Made by a program: the position numbers and the translations under genes. From a virus: DNA of 64,000 bases. Below are positions 23,301 to 30,773 of the stretch, piece after piece. How positions within the stretch are numbered: position 1 is the first letter of the stretch; every line of letters starts with the position of its first letter. The stretch lies in the IMG/VR virus record IMGVR_UViG_3300033068_001182, positions 3,607 through 67,606 of that record; one strand, given 5' to 3'. The notes below the pieces were generated by a model. It saw only the letters and a list, made by a program, of their open reading frames with translations. It was not told the DNA's origin and did no database searches.

Positions 23301-23980
23301 ATGTACATGGTAACTATGTAAGAGAAATTCAAAATAAAAAGAATTTCTATTGGAGAGCTGCTATGATATTTAGAACTTGGTTACCTCAAGCTATTAATGT
23401 TAGATTTGGTGAACAAACTACTAATATACTTAGCGGTAAAACTAAGAAAGGTAGATATAGAAGTTATAATTCATTTATTAGAAATGAAGATGGTAAAATT
23501 GATCTTAATGCTATGAAAGATAATATATTATGGTTATTAGGAGCATCTTCTACTAATATGACAGAACTTGATAAAATTAATATGAGAAAGAATATGGCAG
23601 AATTAGCTTTAATTGCTGTTATTACTATGCTTATATTAGGATTAAAAGCTGCTATAGAAGATTTTGATGATGATGAAAAGAATTATACTACTTATTTAAT
23701 AAACTCTTTAGCAAGAACTCAGAATGATTTAACATTCTTTATGTTACCTTCATCATTTGATACTATTATAAAAGATCCTATACCTTTAATGAGTACATTA
23801 GGAGATATAATTGATATATTTGAAGCATCTTTTGCTACTATTACTGGTGATCCTGTATACAAAACAGGTCCTAGAAAAGGTAAATCTAGATTATATAAAG
23901 AAATTGTTGATAATTTCCCTATTATAAATCAAATAGATAAGAATATAGTTTATGCTAGTGAAGTTATGAAAAAGAAATAA
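14339..23980 (+). CDS. Virion-packaged two-barrel RNA polymerase (crAss-like/phi14:2 gp66 type) with zincin-like domain
   Basis: 3213 aa; NPADAQEY, IGIRIPTQG and GSDFDVDKL (catalytic DxDxD at 18125-18139); FLHELLHAG HExxH near 20450. Confidence 0.9.
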   Translation: MMKFCPNLNLPESKALIKKLGLLGFYKHYIQNNYNISDDIQDNVKSVSDLLFVNKNKFNAYQQQEIIKSILYKIQEYRNEGNSNVQDVIKSIKQDLIETELYFRNPDEFEATDETNQIADNIKNVIDNYGKFIEKVNKQLSSIGLGITRENKTINESNEEEESNYDSMETLFQKLNYDDESSFSTSSKDNASGDIKLALSLIPKYVYENGKLVLDDDNNPQEELNQIYLAKFEDLDSIWKDLLYTLIDVPIGQKLQYLKESTNPKHQVIYDAIISSPKTNIQNEFESVFSKQQANFTTVSLSKPDKSGTVTLKVFDTNRSNATNFLIDNWYEAFLQTDFVKVDKDGNQYVDFELGKKAKAIFDSNLDTIKSNPESKENIRKLLNSLGISVSPKILTEKVYVNKNSIDFDTIIKSKLKYFFNRLAGETKEEELEDTLEYNNPFIGETDSIELLAKLENKANPSVFEDSFVSGDNKAKYSFVNNSYLSHKIRQLKSDSKYINKLKQVPYTANSLWLINDAFIDALTVTYVDTLGNEKSNQTNKPFKRMSTREKEFSRIAMFQNRGIGTTKETSDVGLFVGLIPSDKTTIPVFKSLKIDVRYNDNRFNSEVIDTIYNQFISEYNRVKETFKQLEDNNVQKIAEYHTGAKLGTKFIIFPFLNKILVKDGQLLELDSQRLEDLVKPELESFLQDLVKQQISYWNSLNLNKKIIFDKSYSKKKGYKQDVSDNLEKLAADYAINYFVFFMNQTQLISGDPALHGKSVYDDKAKGIIEEIKSIDKTWVNYFKRMAKDIAPGLDGNFESDTFTTIFLKDLKYDTSHLNEYNEKIGEVAQSYTNMNPADAQEYTTLPEHLRVMDAMGRLTQEQKEAGERLINGGIDTGDIQLILQPVKPVYVTDKIEDNINKLYYIKTSSFPLIPALTVGLEIDKLRLAMEANGIDRAVYESGVKLGLQGELSNVSKDGFIKFNNLEISPEQKIQLSRSGFRIQQELPYHAEDNTILEGSQARKHIFNDLDDNDIITHNGKELKANEAKQLYEDLHIEKMNRAFDQFMEDISYDSTLNKITDLSKIEKILRDEAESREYSINDIYSIQVINDNGIKRFKVPLSFTNNSNRFESILNALVTNRVIKQELPGFSKVQGSGAGFSKIAGFDEANSILKSGITWLSDDTELKYIREENGKLVQADVLVPSWFKDSKGRLLNIRNFVKEDGTLDTDKLPEELLTVIGIRIPTQGYGSIMSFKVKGFLPAWVGDLAIVPSEIVAQMGSDFDVDKLFFYRYEYTYNKGVLTKVNPDITDISKMSEAEINNAIIQFFEDRYSDPKMLAQILEPNGFGKLPKTADIVSKTQKGNKSLHIFTTKEQNNIHKLNNDGKSGTGIFSLFSTFNRVAQDAKLRLTTPFKFKNSKDQVVELSNFYEVNNIEEYKKSSVILYLQSAAVDNSKEQILGKLNINDHTMGVAGTMAMLGLDEQFIGYFLSQPSIIEYVNKVSEAGDIIDGKYDPNAKNKAIRELISKYTPKDIDETKVLSLINSFNYGAKELLESLNSNIEVNALTTLTPEELNLVSNINTLFQLKVIIDFDNLREIADNIQTIQSAINVDTKGLGSSFTTLENKVIQIDKLISASKTLYYPILGVKNIFFNNNVISKSTQILKQTRNIYANVLSQGTEAYVYAVDKIFKTVDLTETDNNLADIYKNIKSYILSSEEIIPDIEEERKRLLYSKESLAKRWNTYSKSAKGRKNILTQRIKPRFSKEKGEPDLVTALNTPASNNAVDVNNSMMYFYDMIMSNDPEESNLAEDLVKYFIITGAQYGPSSIGKYISYDVLEKYDFSKKLRSIEDRLGNPQVLEGFIDQYFQNNPSKAKSFDLEKYPDFIEFKDIAGLVTRDEDLAGYIVSYDENKFEFNLYKNIGGLKYQKIPVLVNTKTPIKKYNFNSNNTSSSVEQKQTINIPTKKQITNTNLIEDKYNFDNGTEAILKSIINNTNNEYFRNIAIDLLSKGLVNVKVDSSLDRPSNGWYDSSNNTISINFENILRYTGKEDSKFEEVFLHELLHAGTVTILDNYIKLRQDNSPDQIVKKGIMTREQVIAANNINRLYEEYKKQYPDQEKLNKYIDINNRRLYSNITKDEMQFLVDNKSELYPLVNLDEFVAAGLTNPNFSNTLKSNNLWTKLVKFISDLLGINATDLDALYSNTINLIETVETLNNEDNISDDISEDNEYNRRKFIEQRNEFLRAYRVPKVNNGYGYDVGRTFSKEAQEGYLTANKNSKYDRIRIEFFNDQLRIKRVDPVSLFDDITDTIDTQEKRFIDRVLSRYKDNLKRLENKKKQLGDNAPADLVVKIENFKKKIAELTEKQSIVAIIESTENKIKEIKKSLNDDEITPDNLYEYRSYLNVLYDLNQQIEFDEEFEDLEIRLNNVSAEAVKLFKSLRVKEINLLQQVIDNKLDLAVPLKLQKQIEAGLKDVGTGESGFLDYAASSSSIIQSIGYLIEEAKFEANQKHDLFVEEFTPLLKEFLSKYKNYDILLQKDANGKPTGFLLNKYSQEYYRRSKKNFKFYNQNTVVEFTETGLEDYNADREIAKETLSDNDYVLWLMLHSPTEYIKDWKAGKRPKAKGSEKYLKIRPIDKWIDPNYKKLTDLGEEDPAVKFYNYIEPILRKAGRKHKQQVNYIPEISKSTLDYFLEGNVKSGISNIAQGLLDSITVDLDNSSNTEIDEYTGEPRLSIPVLMFSNKLKPEEKSYDLARIIEATQYQEYVLTAKREIEPLLNIYYAIIKDSKSLATKPGSTGEVLIDKAPQKMLDQSNFLIQSYLYNKTTELEGVSSVKIKGKNLAASKATDALINYVRIKGMAFNPFSAIGNIMQGLTSNFIYGSGGEYFNVKDQFKAFGLMLNSLAGSTSEARKISKLMRKFDAFAKANDLKFGTSRDIKSTVNSLDNFSWFELQQRGEYFIQGQTLLSVLIHDNYYNKFDENGNWTGEDSNPFEDPKFMYNYTQKVRDAIIDVHGNYVREIQNKKNFYWRAAMIFRTWLPQAINVRFGEQTTNILSGKTKKGRYRSYNSFIRNEDGKIDLNAMKDNILWLLGASSTNMTELDKINMRKNMAELALIAVITMLILGLKAAIEDFDDDEKNYTTYLINSLARTQNDLTFFMLPSSFDTIIKDPIPLMSTLGDIIDIFEASFATITGDPVYKTGPRKGKSRLYKEIVDNFPIINQIDKNIVYASEVMKKK

Positions 23981-24008
23981 CCGCTCAAGTTAAAAAAATA
24001 AATTGGTT

Positions 24009-24036
24009 AAAAGGTAGGATTAAAGTCCTACCTTTT
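24009..24036. terminator. Bidirectional intrinsic terminator between the convergent modules
   Basis: AAAAGGTAGGA-TTAAAG-TCCTACCTTTT inverted repeat with A/T runs at both ends, at the strand switch. Confidence 0.85.
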
Positions 24037-24814
24037 GTTTTACTAAACTTTTGAGATCACCAGTATCTAAATTACCGACATCCATTGTTTTCTTAATATC
24101 ATTAATAGATAAACAAGGTTTATTCATTATGATATATTCTTCAGCTTTTTCTTTAGTTGAAAAATCTTTATCATTAGATGCTGTAAAATCAAGTTTATTT
24201 AATTTTTCAAAATATTCAATTGTCCAATCGTCTAAATGAACCGTATAAATATTGTCACCTTCAAATATTTCTACTCCGTCTTCAGTAGTGAATAATGGTT
24301 GTTTTAACTTTTTTAAATATAGAATATTACACGAATAATTAGAATTTTTAGTAGATGTCATTATAATATCTTTACCATTAATATATTTAATTAGAAATAT
24401 TCTTGTTAAAATACCAAATTCACAATTATCACCAATAGTAAATACTTCTCCATCAGATAGTCTTTTTACTGAATGAATAGACCAATGATCTTTTGATAAA
24501 AACTCATTTTCTGAATCACCAGCAATAATACCTCTGTTATGTGATGAAGTTCCTTTAAAGCCGTCACCTACTTTAGTAACTATATCACCTACAATTAAAA
24601 CACCCTTTGATTGATTTACTATAAAAGATAATATTTCATAATCTTTTTCTAATATTTTTTTCCAAAATTTAGGAAATTTATCTACATATAACCTATTAGG
24701 ATTACTTTCTTTATCATAAAAAATATTACCATTTATTGTAGCATTCTCTGGTAATGTAGTTCCTAATTTAGGAGAACCTGGATATTCTTTTATTAATTTA
24801 TAACTTTTGCTCAT
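24020..24814 (-). CDS. Hypothetical phage protein
   Basis: 264-aa ORF overlapping its upstream neighbour; no function recognised. Confidence 0.6.
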   Translation of the reverse strand: MSKSYKLIKEYPGSPKLGTTLPENATINGNIFYDKESNPNRLYVDKFPKFWKKILEKDYEILSFIVNQSKGVLIVGDIVTKVGDGFKGTSSHNRGIIAGDSENEFLSKDHWSIHSVKRLSDGEVFTIGDNCEFGILTRIFLIKYINGKDIIMTSTKNSNYSCNILYLKKLKQPLFTTEDGVEIFEGDNIYTVHLDDWTIEYFEKLNKLDFTASNDKDFSTKEKAEEYIIMNKPCLSINDIKKTMDVGNLDTGDLKSLVKQKVGL

Positions 24815-25175
24815 AATTAATTCTTTTTAATTTTTTTATATAATTAGGATCTTCTGCATATCCTATTCTTTTTAGAAATACATAATAATCTTCACCAGAT
24901 TTACGTCTATTACCAACTCTTTTCTTATAAGCTATTACAGCTTCATCATAAGACTCAAATACATTTTTACCAGTCATAAAACCAAAGATATTTTTATCTT
25001 CAATTGCTCTTCTGGATTTAAACCAATTGGTTTCATGTATTGCTATTCTCATTACTACGTCCTTATTTCTTATTTCGTATTTATGTAATAAATCATAGAC
25101 TTCTTTAGTACTTATTTGAGCATTAGCAGTAATTGATACTGCTAATAACACAAATAATATTTTCAGAAATTTCAT
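24798..25175 (-). CDS. Signal-peptide glucosaminidase/lysozyme-like peptidoglycan hydrolase (GH73-like)
   Basis: Signal peptide ending ANA; IAIHET, NIFG, YAEDPNY motifs. Confidence 0.7.
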   Translation of the reverse strand: MKFLKILFVLLAVSITANAQISTKEVYDLLHKYEIRNKDVVMRIAIHETNWFKSRRAIEDKNIFGFMTGKNVFESYDEAVIAYKKRVGNRRKSGEDYYVFLKRIGYAEDPNYIKKLKRINYEQKL

Positions 25176-25191
25176 TATTTTTTCTCCTTAT

Positions 25192-25740
25192 TTATAAAAG
25201 ATTTTTATCTTTCATTATTATTAATTCTTCAATTGTTCTAGGTTTAAAATCTAAAACTTTTGTATCTACATTAAAGTATTTATGATTTGTTGAATATGGA
25301 ATTTTACTTTCATCTCCATACCTATCTGGTACATAACAATCATATAACTTGTTTTTATGATGAATATGAGCATGTATATTACCTCTATAAAAAGATAATT
25401 CTGATGGATGTATAGGACAATGTGTTAAAGCATATCCTTTATGATCTATCATGCCTGCTACACTATCAACATAGTTTAATAATTCTTTTACATGTTGTTT
25501 TTTATCATGATTACCAAGTACTACATGTTTTATACCATTTAATAAGTCTAGTTTATAGTAACTTTCTGTTTTTTCCATAGTAATATCTCCTAATATATAG
25601 GTAATATCTTTTTTATTTGTAACAACAGAATTCCAACTATCAATTAAATAATCATCGTGATCCCATTCATTTTGAAATCCTCTATATGTAGCTAAGTTTA
25701 AATGTCCTAAATGTAAACAACCTATAAAACGTACATTCAT
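25192..25740 (-). CDS. Calcineurin-like metallophosphoesterase
   Basis: GCLHLGH, LGD, LGNHD, THCP, HAHIH motifs. Confidence 0.85.
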   Translation of the reverse strand: MNVRFIGCLHLGHLNLATYRGFQNEWDHDDYLIDSWNSVVTNKKDITYILGDITMEKTESYYKLDLLNGIKHVVLGNHDKKQHVKELLNYVDSVAGMIDHKGYALTHCPIHPSELSFYRGNIHAHIHHKNKLYDCYVPDRYGDESKIPYSTNHKYFNVDTKVLDFKPRTIEELIIMKDKNLL

Positions 25741-25913
25741 TTTGTATTAAATATTTGTTTAGCTTTATCTATTTTACCATCTAAAACAGCAACTACTAAG
25801 TCACCTATTTTTTCAGTTTCAAAAGATTCAACTGTTTTTATATATTCTTCTACTGTAACTCCTAATGTATTAGCAATTTCAATATCAAATATATCCCACG
25901 ATTCCATACTCAT
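25737..25913 (-). CDS. Small hypothetical protein (58 aa, not in ORF track)
   Basis: MSMESWDIFDIEIANTLG...FNTK*; overlaps both neighbours. Confidence 0.6.
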   Translation of the reverse strand: MSMESWDIFDIEIANTLGVTVEEYIKTVESFETEKIGDLVVAVLDGKIDKAKQIFNTK

Positions 25914-26668
25914 ATAGCTTTTGCTAATTTTTGTTTGTTTTCTTCCATAATAAAAGTATTTATTCTGGCACTAATTCCTGAATTATGAATATTATGTGCA
26001 TCCACATTATCAGGATATTTATATTCTAATAACTTATCAAATTCCATCCATCTACAAGATGATTTTAATAACATTAAATCTTCTTTTAAATATGGTTGTC
26101 TTTCAATTAATTCTTTTAAATCTTTTTTTAATTCTTCTTCAGAAATATTTATAAAACATCTTATGTATAAAGTATATAAACTGATTAAAAAATTAAAACT
26201 AGACCAAAATATAGGAACTTTTAATATTAAAGTATCTTCTATTAAATTTTCAAATTCTGTAATTGTATCTAATTTAAAAAATTCTTCTAATTTATTAAGA
26301 AATAATATTAGATTTTTAGAATTATTATTTATATTATTTTGTAAATCAGATTTACCAGGCCAATCAAAGTTACCATGATTATAATTTAAAGCTTTAATAC
26401 CAAGATAAAAATATTCTTTACCTTCAAATACTCCTGTATATTTATGTTCAAAACCATATATTTTAGATAATGGTTTTTTGGTAGTTTCAATATATACAAA
26501 ATCATTTAAATAGTCTTTACATGCTGTAAAAGGCATTAGTGTTTCATAACTAATATCTTGTATACTATCTCCTGTTATTATAATATTGTTTTTATTTAAA
26601 AAACTAAATCCAAATCCATAATCTCTACCTTCATTTAAAATTTTTCTATTGAAATTATCTTTTATCAT
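25910..26668 (-). CDS. Hypothetical protein
   Basis: 252-aa ORF with a CKDYLND motif; function not recognised. Confidence 0.6.
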   Translation of the reverse strand: MIKDNFNRKILNEGRDYGFGFSFLNKNNIIITGDSIQDISYETLMPFTACKDYLNDFVYIETTKKPLSKIYGFEHKYTGVFEGKEYFYLGIKALNYNHGNFDWPGKSDLQNNINNNSKNLILFLNKLEEFFKLDTITEFENLIEDTLILKVPIFWSSFNFLISLYTLYIRCFINISEEELKKDLKELIERQPYLKEDLMLLKSSCRWMEFDKLLEYKYPDNVDAHNIHNSGISARINTFIMEENKQKLAKAI

Positions 26669-26960
26669 CTTTTAATTGTCTATCTACTCTTTCTACACAT
26701 TGATCTATTTTATATATCATTCTTTCTGATACTTCAGACCATATTCCTAATTTAATTGCTAATCCTTTAACATTTGCTAAAACATCTCCAGATTCTTCTA
26801 TTATTTTAGCTATTCTTTCAGGACTTTTTGAACCTTTTGGTTTAGTTAATTGTTTAATTAATACTTCTCCTAATTCAAATAATTCTTCAGCAGTTTTTAA
26901 TATAGTATATTCTTCTGAAGTATTTGCTGTTATATATTCATATTTTTCATTTAAATTCAT
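26655..26960 (-). CDS. MazG-like NTP pyrophosphohydrolase
   Basis: AEELFEL...IIEESGDV all-alpha ExxE/ExxD pattern. Confidence 0.6.
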   Translation of the reverse strand: MNLNEKYEYITANTSEEYTILKTAEELFELGEVLIKQLTKPKGSKSPERIAKIIEESGDVLANVKGLAIKLGIWSEVSERMIYKIDQCVERVDRQLKDDKR

Positions 26961-27093
26961 TTTGTCGCTTTGTAAAAGGAAGTTACAGTACTCCTGGAGA
27001 ATTACCTCGTGGTCTGTCTGCTTTTTAAAGCATCATGGTTTCTGGTTATCTTCCTTAAATTGTGCTTACTATAAACCATTTTTCAGCATTTTA

Positions 27094-27576
27094 TTAATAT
27101 TTAATTAATTTATTATATAATTCTTTTGTTTTTTGTATATCATATAAAGCATTATGTAATTTATCTTCATTTGTATTAATATTAAAATGTTTACATATAG
27201 TACCTAATTTAAAATTCTCAGGTCTAATGTTTTTTCTCATTAATTTAAATGCAGCTATTTGCATAACATCTATTGAAGGATTATAAAAATAAGAACCATA
27301 AAATTTATTATCATTCTTTAGGAATAATTGTCTTATAAAATCTTCATCAAATCTAGAATTATATGCAATAAGATAAGCTTTATCTTCTTTATTATATCTA
27401 TCAATAATTTTATCTAAACTAGATATTAAATTATTGTATATATTATTATTAATAAATAATTCTTCTTTTACTTTACCTCCAACTCTATAGATGATACCAA
27501 TTTGAGTTATTATTCCTGTATAAGGATCTAAACTCTGATTGGTTTCTAAGTCTAAAAATATTTCTTTCCTGTTCAT
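27094..27576 (-). CDS. DEDDh 3'-5' exonuclease (DnaQ-like)
   Basis: FLDLET, AYNSRFD, HNALYD motifs. Confidence 0.85.
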   Translation of the reverse strand: MNRKEIFLDLETNQSLDPYTGIITQIGIIYRVGGKVKEELFINNNIYNNLISSLDKIIDRYNKEDKAYLIAYNSRFDEDFIRQLFLKNDNKFYGSYFYNPSIDVMQIAAFKLMRKNIRPENFKLGTICKHFNINTNEDKLHNALYDIQKTKELYNKLIKY

Positions 27577-27785
27577 TAATTATCTTCTAAATCTATAATT
27601 CTTAGATACAAACAATCAGAATATTTACTCATATATATTTCTTGTTTTATTAATAATTCTTGTTGAGTTTTTGATATATTATGAAATTCATCATTTTTTA
27701 ATATAAATTCTTGTAAATTAAATAATTTAGTATTTAATTCTTTAAACTCTATTTTAAGTCTATCCAAAAAATTATTTTTACTCAT
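27576..27785 (-). CDS. Small helical protein, crAss001_48-like
   Basis: RL..E..EL..K...L..FI...F.....QQELL..Q...M..Y...L..RI pattern recognised by eye. Confidence 0.6.
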   Translation of the reverse strand: MSKNNFLDRLKIEFKELNTKLFNLQEFILKNDEFHNISKTQQELLIKQEIYMSKYSDCLYLRIIDLEDN

Positions 27786-27973
27786 TACTTCAAACTATTA
27801 ATAAAGTTATTTCTAGCCTTTACAGCTTCTTCTAAGCTCTTAAAAGAACCTATATGTTGCTTATTACCCATAAAAGTAAATTGTGTCTCAAATCTATTCC
27901 TATTGGCTCTAAAAGTGATTCCTTTTTTACCTGTATTACTTTGTCTTACTTTTTTTGTATTTTCCATCTTCAT
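27785..27973 (-). CDS. AP2-domain DNA-binding protein
   Basis: NTGKKGI...HIGSFKSLEEAVKAR. Confidence 0.7.
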   Translation of the reverse strand: MKMENTKKVRQSNTGKKGITFRANRNRFETQFTFMGNKQHIGSFKSLEEAVKARNNFINSLK

Positions 27974-27985
27974 CTTATCTTTCTA

Positions 27986-28345
27986 TTAATATTTTTTACC
28001 GTTTTCTAATTCTCTATTTTCTAATTTATGATCTGCTCGTTGTTGGTTATATTTAAGTTTTTCTATAATAGCTCCACCCAAATCTAATTTTTCTTTACCA
28101 GCTAAATCACATATTCTTATTACTGCGTCTGCTAGTTCAACTTCCATCATTGACCTATGAGGTAAATGATCGTCCATTAAATTCTTTCTATCTCCTTCCA
28201 TAGCTTCAGCTATTTCAGAAACTATAAGCATCAACATTGTACCTGTTTCTCTAGGTTTATTATGCCATCCAGCATCACTTGATAATCCATAACATAAGTC
28301 AACTAAATCACTTATGGTATAATTAATATCTTCTATCTTTCTCAC
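27986..28345 (-). CDS. MazG-like nucleotide pyrophosphohydrolase
   Basis: IVSEIAEAMEG...EVELADAVIRICD; GTG start. Confidence 0.8.
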   Translation of the reverse strand: MRKIEDINYTISDLVDLCYGLSSDAGWHNKPRETGTMLMLIVSEIAEAMEGDRKNLMDDHLPHRSMMEVELADAVIRICDLAGKEKLDLGGAIIEKLKYNQQRADHKLENRELENGKKY

Positions 28346-28548
28346 TATTTAATTATTACTTTATTATTTATTACTTCTACACTATTTGCAAATCCTTGCA
28401 AAACTAAATAAGGTTGTATTTTATTTCTTTTAGTTTCACAAGGTACTTCACAAACGACATCTTCACATGGTATACATTGTTTCTTAAAATGTACACTCAT
28501 TTTTTTATCACATCTTCTGTAATGATAAAAAAATCTATACTTCTGCAT
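28345..28548 (-). CDS. Hypothetical protein
   Basis: 67-aa ORF overlapping neighbours. Confidence 0.5.
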   Translation of the reverse strand: MQKYRFFYHYRRCDKKMSVHFKKQCIPCEDVVCEVPCETKRNKIQPYLVLQGFANSVEVINNKVIIK

Positions 28549-28747
28549 ATTTTTTTACTCTATATATTGAAATATAAGGAAACCAAATATCTTCTTTATA
28601 GGAATTATCTTCATTATAACAAATAAATCTTAGCATTTGATTTTCAAATATCATTTTACAATTTGTAACTACAAAATATTCTGGACTATGTAAAAACATA
28701 ATTTCATAATCATGTTTTTTATTTCTATTGTCTAAAGCTTTTCCCAT
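28535..28747 (-). CDS. Hypothetical protein
   Basis: 70-aa ORF overlapping neighbours. Confidence 0.5.
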   Translation of the reverse strand: MGKALDNRNKKHDYEIMFLHSPEYFVVTNCKMIFENQMLRFICYNEDNSYKEDIWFPYISIYRVKKYAEV

Positions 28748-29631
28748 TACAAATTCATTAATCTTAACATAGGTATTTTACCATTATCAAGTGTTATACC
28801 AGCTGATATAATTGGTTTCTTAGGCATAGGTTTAGCATAATCAAAAGCAAATGCTTCTCTATCTATACCACAACCTAGTTGTAATCCATAAATTACATCT
28901 TTTTCTGATACAGAATATTGTAAAAATGCTTGACTATGTAAGTGACCTTGTACTGTTGACATTCTAGATTCTTTTGCTCTAATAAATGCATTACCAATAC
29001 TTCCATGAATATGTCTTACATTATCATATATAAATTCATGTCTAAAGTTCCATTCTTTAGGAGCTTCTATAATTTCTCCAAAATCTTTAATAAATCTTTG
29101 AGATAATCCTGCTGCTCTTGCTTTTCTTGCAACTAATAAATCATGATTTCCTAATGTAATATCTGCTTTAGGAAATAATTTATATGCTAATTGTAATTGT
29201 TTAATAGAAGCTGATAATTCATCTCCTACACTTAGTCCATCAACATCATGTTCATGAAAACTCCATGCACCAGAATCAATTATATCACCTATAAACATAA
29301 CTTTGTTACATTTATATTCTTTTTCCATTTCTTTACACCACTCTAAATATCCATCAAGAATCCAAGGTGCATGTAAATCACCAATTATTAATCTATTAAT
29401 ATGTTGTTTACTTATAATATTAACAGTTTTAATATCTTCGGCTGTAACAGCTTCATATTTAAAATCTTTTCTAAGTTCACTAACTATTTCTTTGATTAAT
29501 GATTGAGTACAATCAAATTTAGCTGCTAAATAAGCATATCCTTTTTTAAGAACACCTGTACTAGACAAATATCCTTTATTATTTAATAATTGAGTTTTTA
29601 TAAACTCTTTTTTTATATCTTCCTTACTCAC
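28747..29631 (-). CDS. Metallophosphoesterase with N-terminal HTH-like region
   Basis: IGDLHAP, IGDIID, LGNHD, HG, QGHLH motifs. Confidence 0.85.
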   Translation of the reverse strand: MSKEDIKKEFIKTQLLNNKGYLSSTGVLKKGYAYLAAKFDCTQSLIKEIVSELRKDFKYEAVTAEDIKTVNIISKQHINRLIIGDLHAPWILDGYLEWCKEMEKEYKCNKVMFIGDIIDSGAWSFHEHDVDGLSVGDELSASIKQLQLAYKLFPKADITLGNHDLLVARKARAAGLSQRFIKDFGEIIEAPKEWNFRHEFIYDNVRHIHGSIGNAFIRAKESRMSTVQGHLHSQAFLQYSVSEKDVIYGLQLGCGIDREAFAFDYAKPMPKKPIISAGITLDNGKIPMLRLMNL

Positions 29632-29980
29632 TATTCCCTCCTTCTATTGTTATTTTCTGTTTTATTGAAGCCTCTTGAAGTATAAGATAATTAATCATAT
29701 CTCCAATCTTTTCATCTACATAAACAGCTGTAGGAAGTTTACCTTCTCTAATGTCTGTTAACATATCTAAATAGCTTATATAATGTTTTAGAAAAAAGCT
29801 ATGAAGTATATCTTCTCTAGTTTTATTTTCTAATTCAGCACCAACATTAAAGTTGTGCATTCTATCGTTATTTCTAACATATTCTAATGCTTTTTTAGAT
29901 AATGTATTAATAGTATATTTAACTCTTCTATCAATAATTTTATCCATAAATTCATTATTCATCTTCAATCTCTTCTTCAC
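29624..29980 (-). CDS. Nucleotide-modification-associated (Nmad1/DUF1599-like) all-alpha protein
   Basis: K...Y....D..HNF...KH...EKIGDMINYLIL pattern. Confidence 0.5.
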   Translation of the reverse strand: MKKRLKMNNEFMDKIIDRRVKYTINTLSKKALEYVRNNDRMHNFNVGAELENKTREDILHSFFLKHYISYLDMLTDIREGKLPTAVYVDEKIGDMINYLILQEASIKQKITIEGGNSE

Positions 29981-30489
29981 ATCTCCTCCCTTATTTCTTT
30001 ATTCCAATCTGCTATTGAACATATTTCTGCATCAGTTGGTAATTCTTGTCCAATTCTTTCTTCCAATTCTGCTTTTAAGTCTGCTGTTTTGTATAATATC
30101 TTATACACATAACTATTTTGAATTGGTTTTATTTGAACTTGATTTAATATTTTACTTTTATATTTATCAGAGAATTGTGAATATTTACCTTGTAAAAATA
30201 AATAATAATCTTTTTCAAATTCTTCAGGTACTTTAAAAACATAAATACAGGTATTTTGTTTTGTTTCATAACTATCTTCTAAATATATATTTTTTAAAAT
30301 ATTATTATCTTTAAACTTTAATTCTACTAATATTTTACTATAATTATATTTAGGATAAGTAGAATCTCCTAAATAACAGTTTATTAAATTACGATAATTA
30401 CTACTAATACCTATCATAGGCATTATAAAATAAAGTGATTTATTCCATTTAGTTTTATCTATTTTTTGTATTTGCTCTAATCCTTCCAC
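29977..30489 (-). CDS. Hypothetical protein of the crAss-like replication module
   Basis: 170 aa; VFKVPEEF..DY..F..GKYSQFS..YK motif. Confidence 0.55.
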   Translation of the reverse strand: MEGLEQIQKIDKTKWNKSLYFIMPMIGISSNYRNLINCYLGDSTYPKYNYSKILVELKFKDNNILKNIYLEDSYETKQNTCIYVFKVPEEFEKDYYLFLQGKYSQFSDKYKSKILNQVQIKPIQNSYVYKILYKTADLKAELEERIGQELPTDAEICSIADWNKEIREEM

Positions 30490-30695
30490 TCTACTGCATA
30501 ATCTCCTTTCCTTCTATCACAAATTCTTATTTCTGGTACTATAAATCCTTCATAATCATCTAATATTTTTAAAAGACTATAATTTAAATCAAAATCAACA
30601 CATTCTTTTATATAATAAGCATCATATACTGATTGTCTATAATCTTTAGAATCATTTAATAATTTTTCCGCATATACTTTACCACATTTAGGTAA
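30477..30695 (-). CDS. Exon 2 of 5'-3' exonuclease (flap endonuclease/RNase H-like)
   Basis: LPKCGKVYAEKLL...EWKD*; joined to exon 1 gives the intact H3TH motif GDSIDNIKG|LPKCGKVYAEKLL. Confidence 0.85.
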   Translation of the reverse strand, partial: LPKCGKVYAEKLLNDSKDYRQSVYDAYYIKECVDFDLNYSLLKILDDYEGFIVPEIRICDRRKGDYAVEWKD

Positions 30696-30773
30696 CTTTT
30701 ATTTAACTGATTTTTTATTATAAGTAATTAACTTATTCAGTATCTCAGATTTATCTGAGGATCGGACTATATC

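Noticed and set aside
26976-27056. Hammerhead ribozyme in the intergenic structured element
   Set aside because: The CUGANGA and GAAA core motifs are not present in the required arrangement
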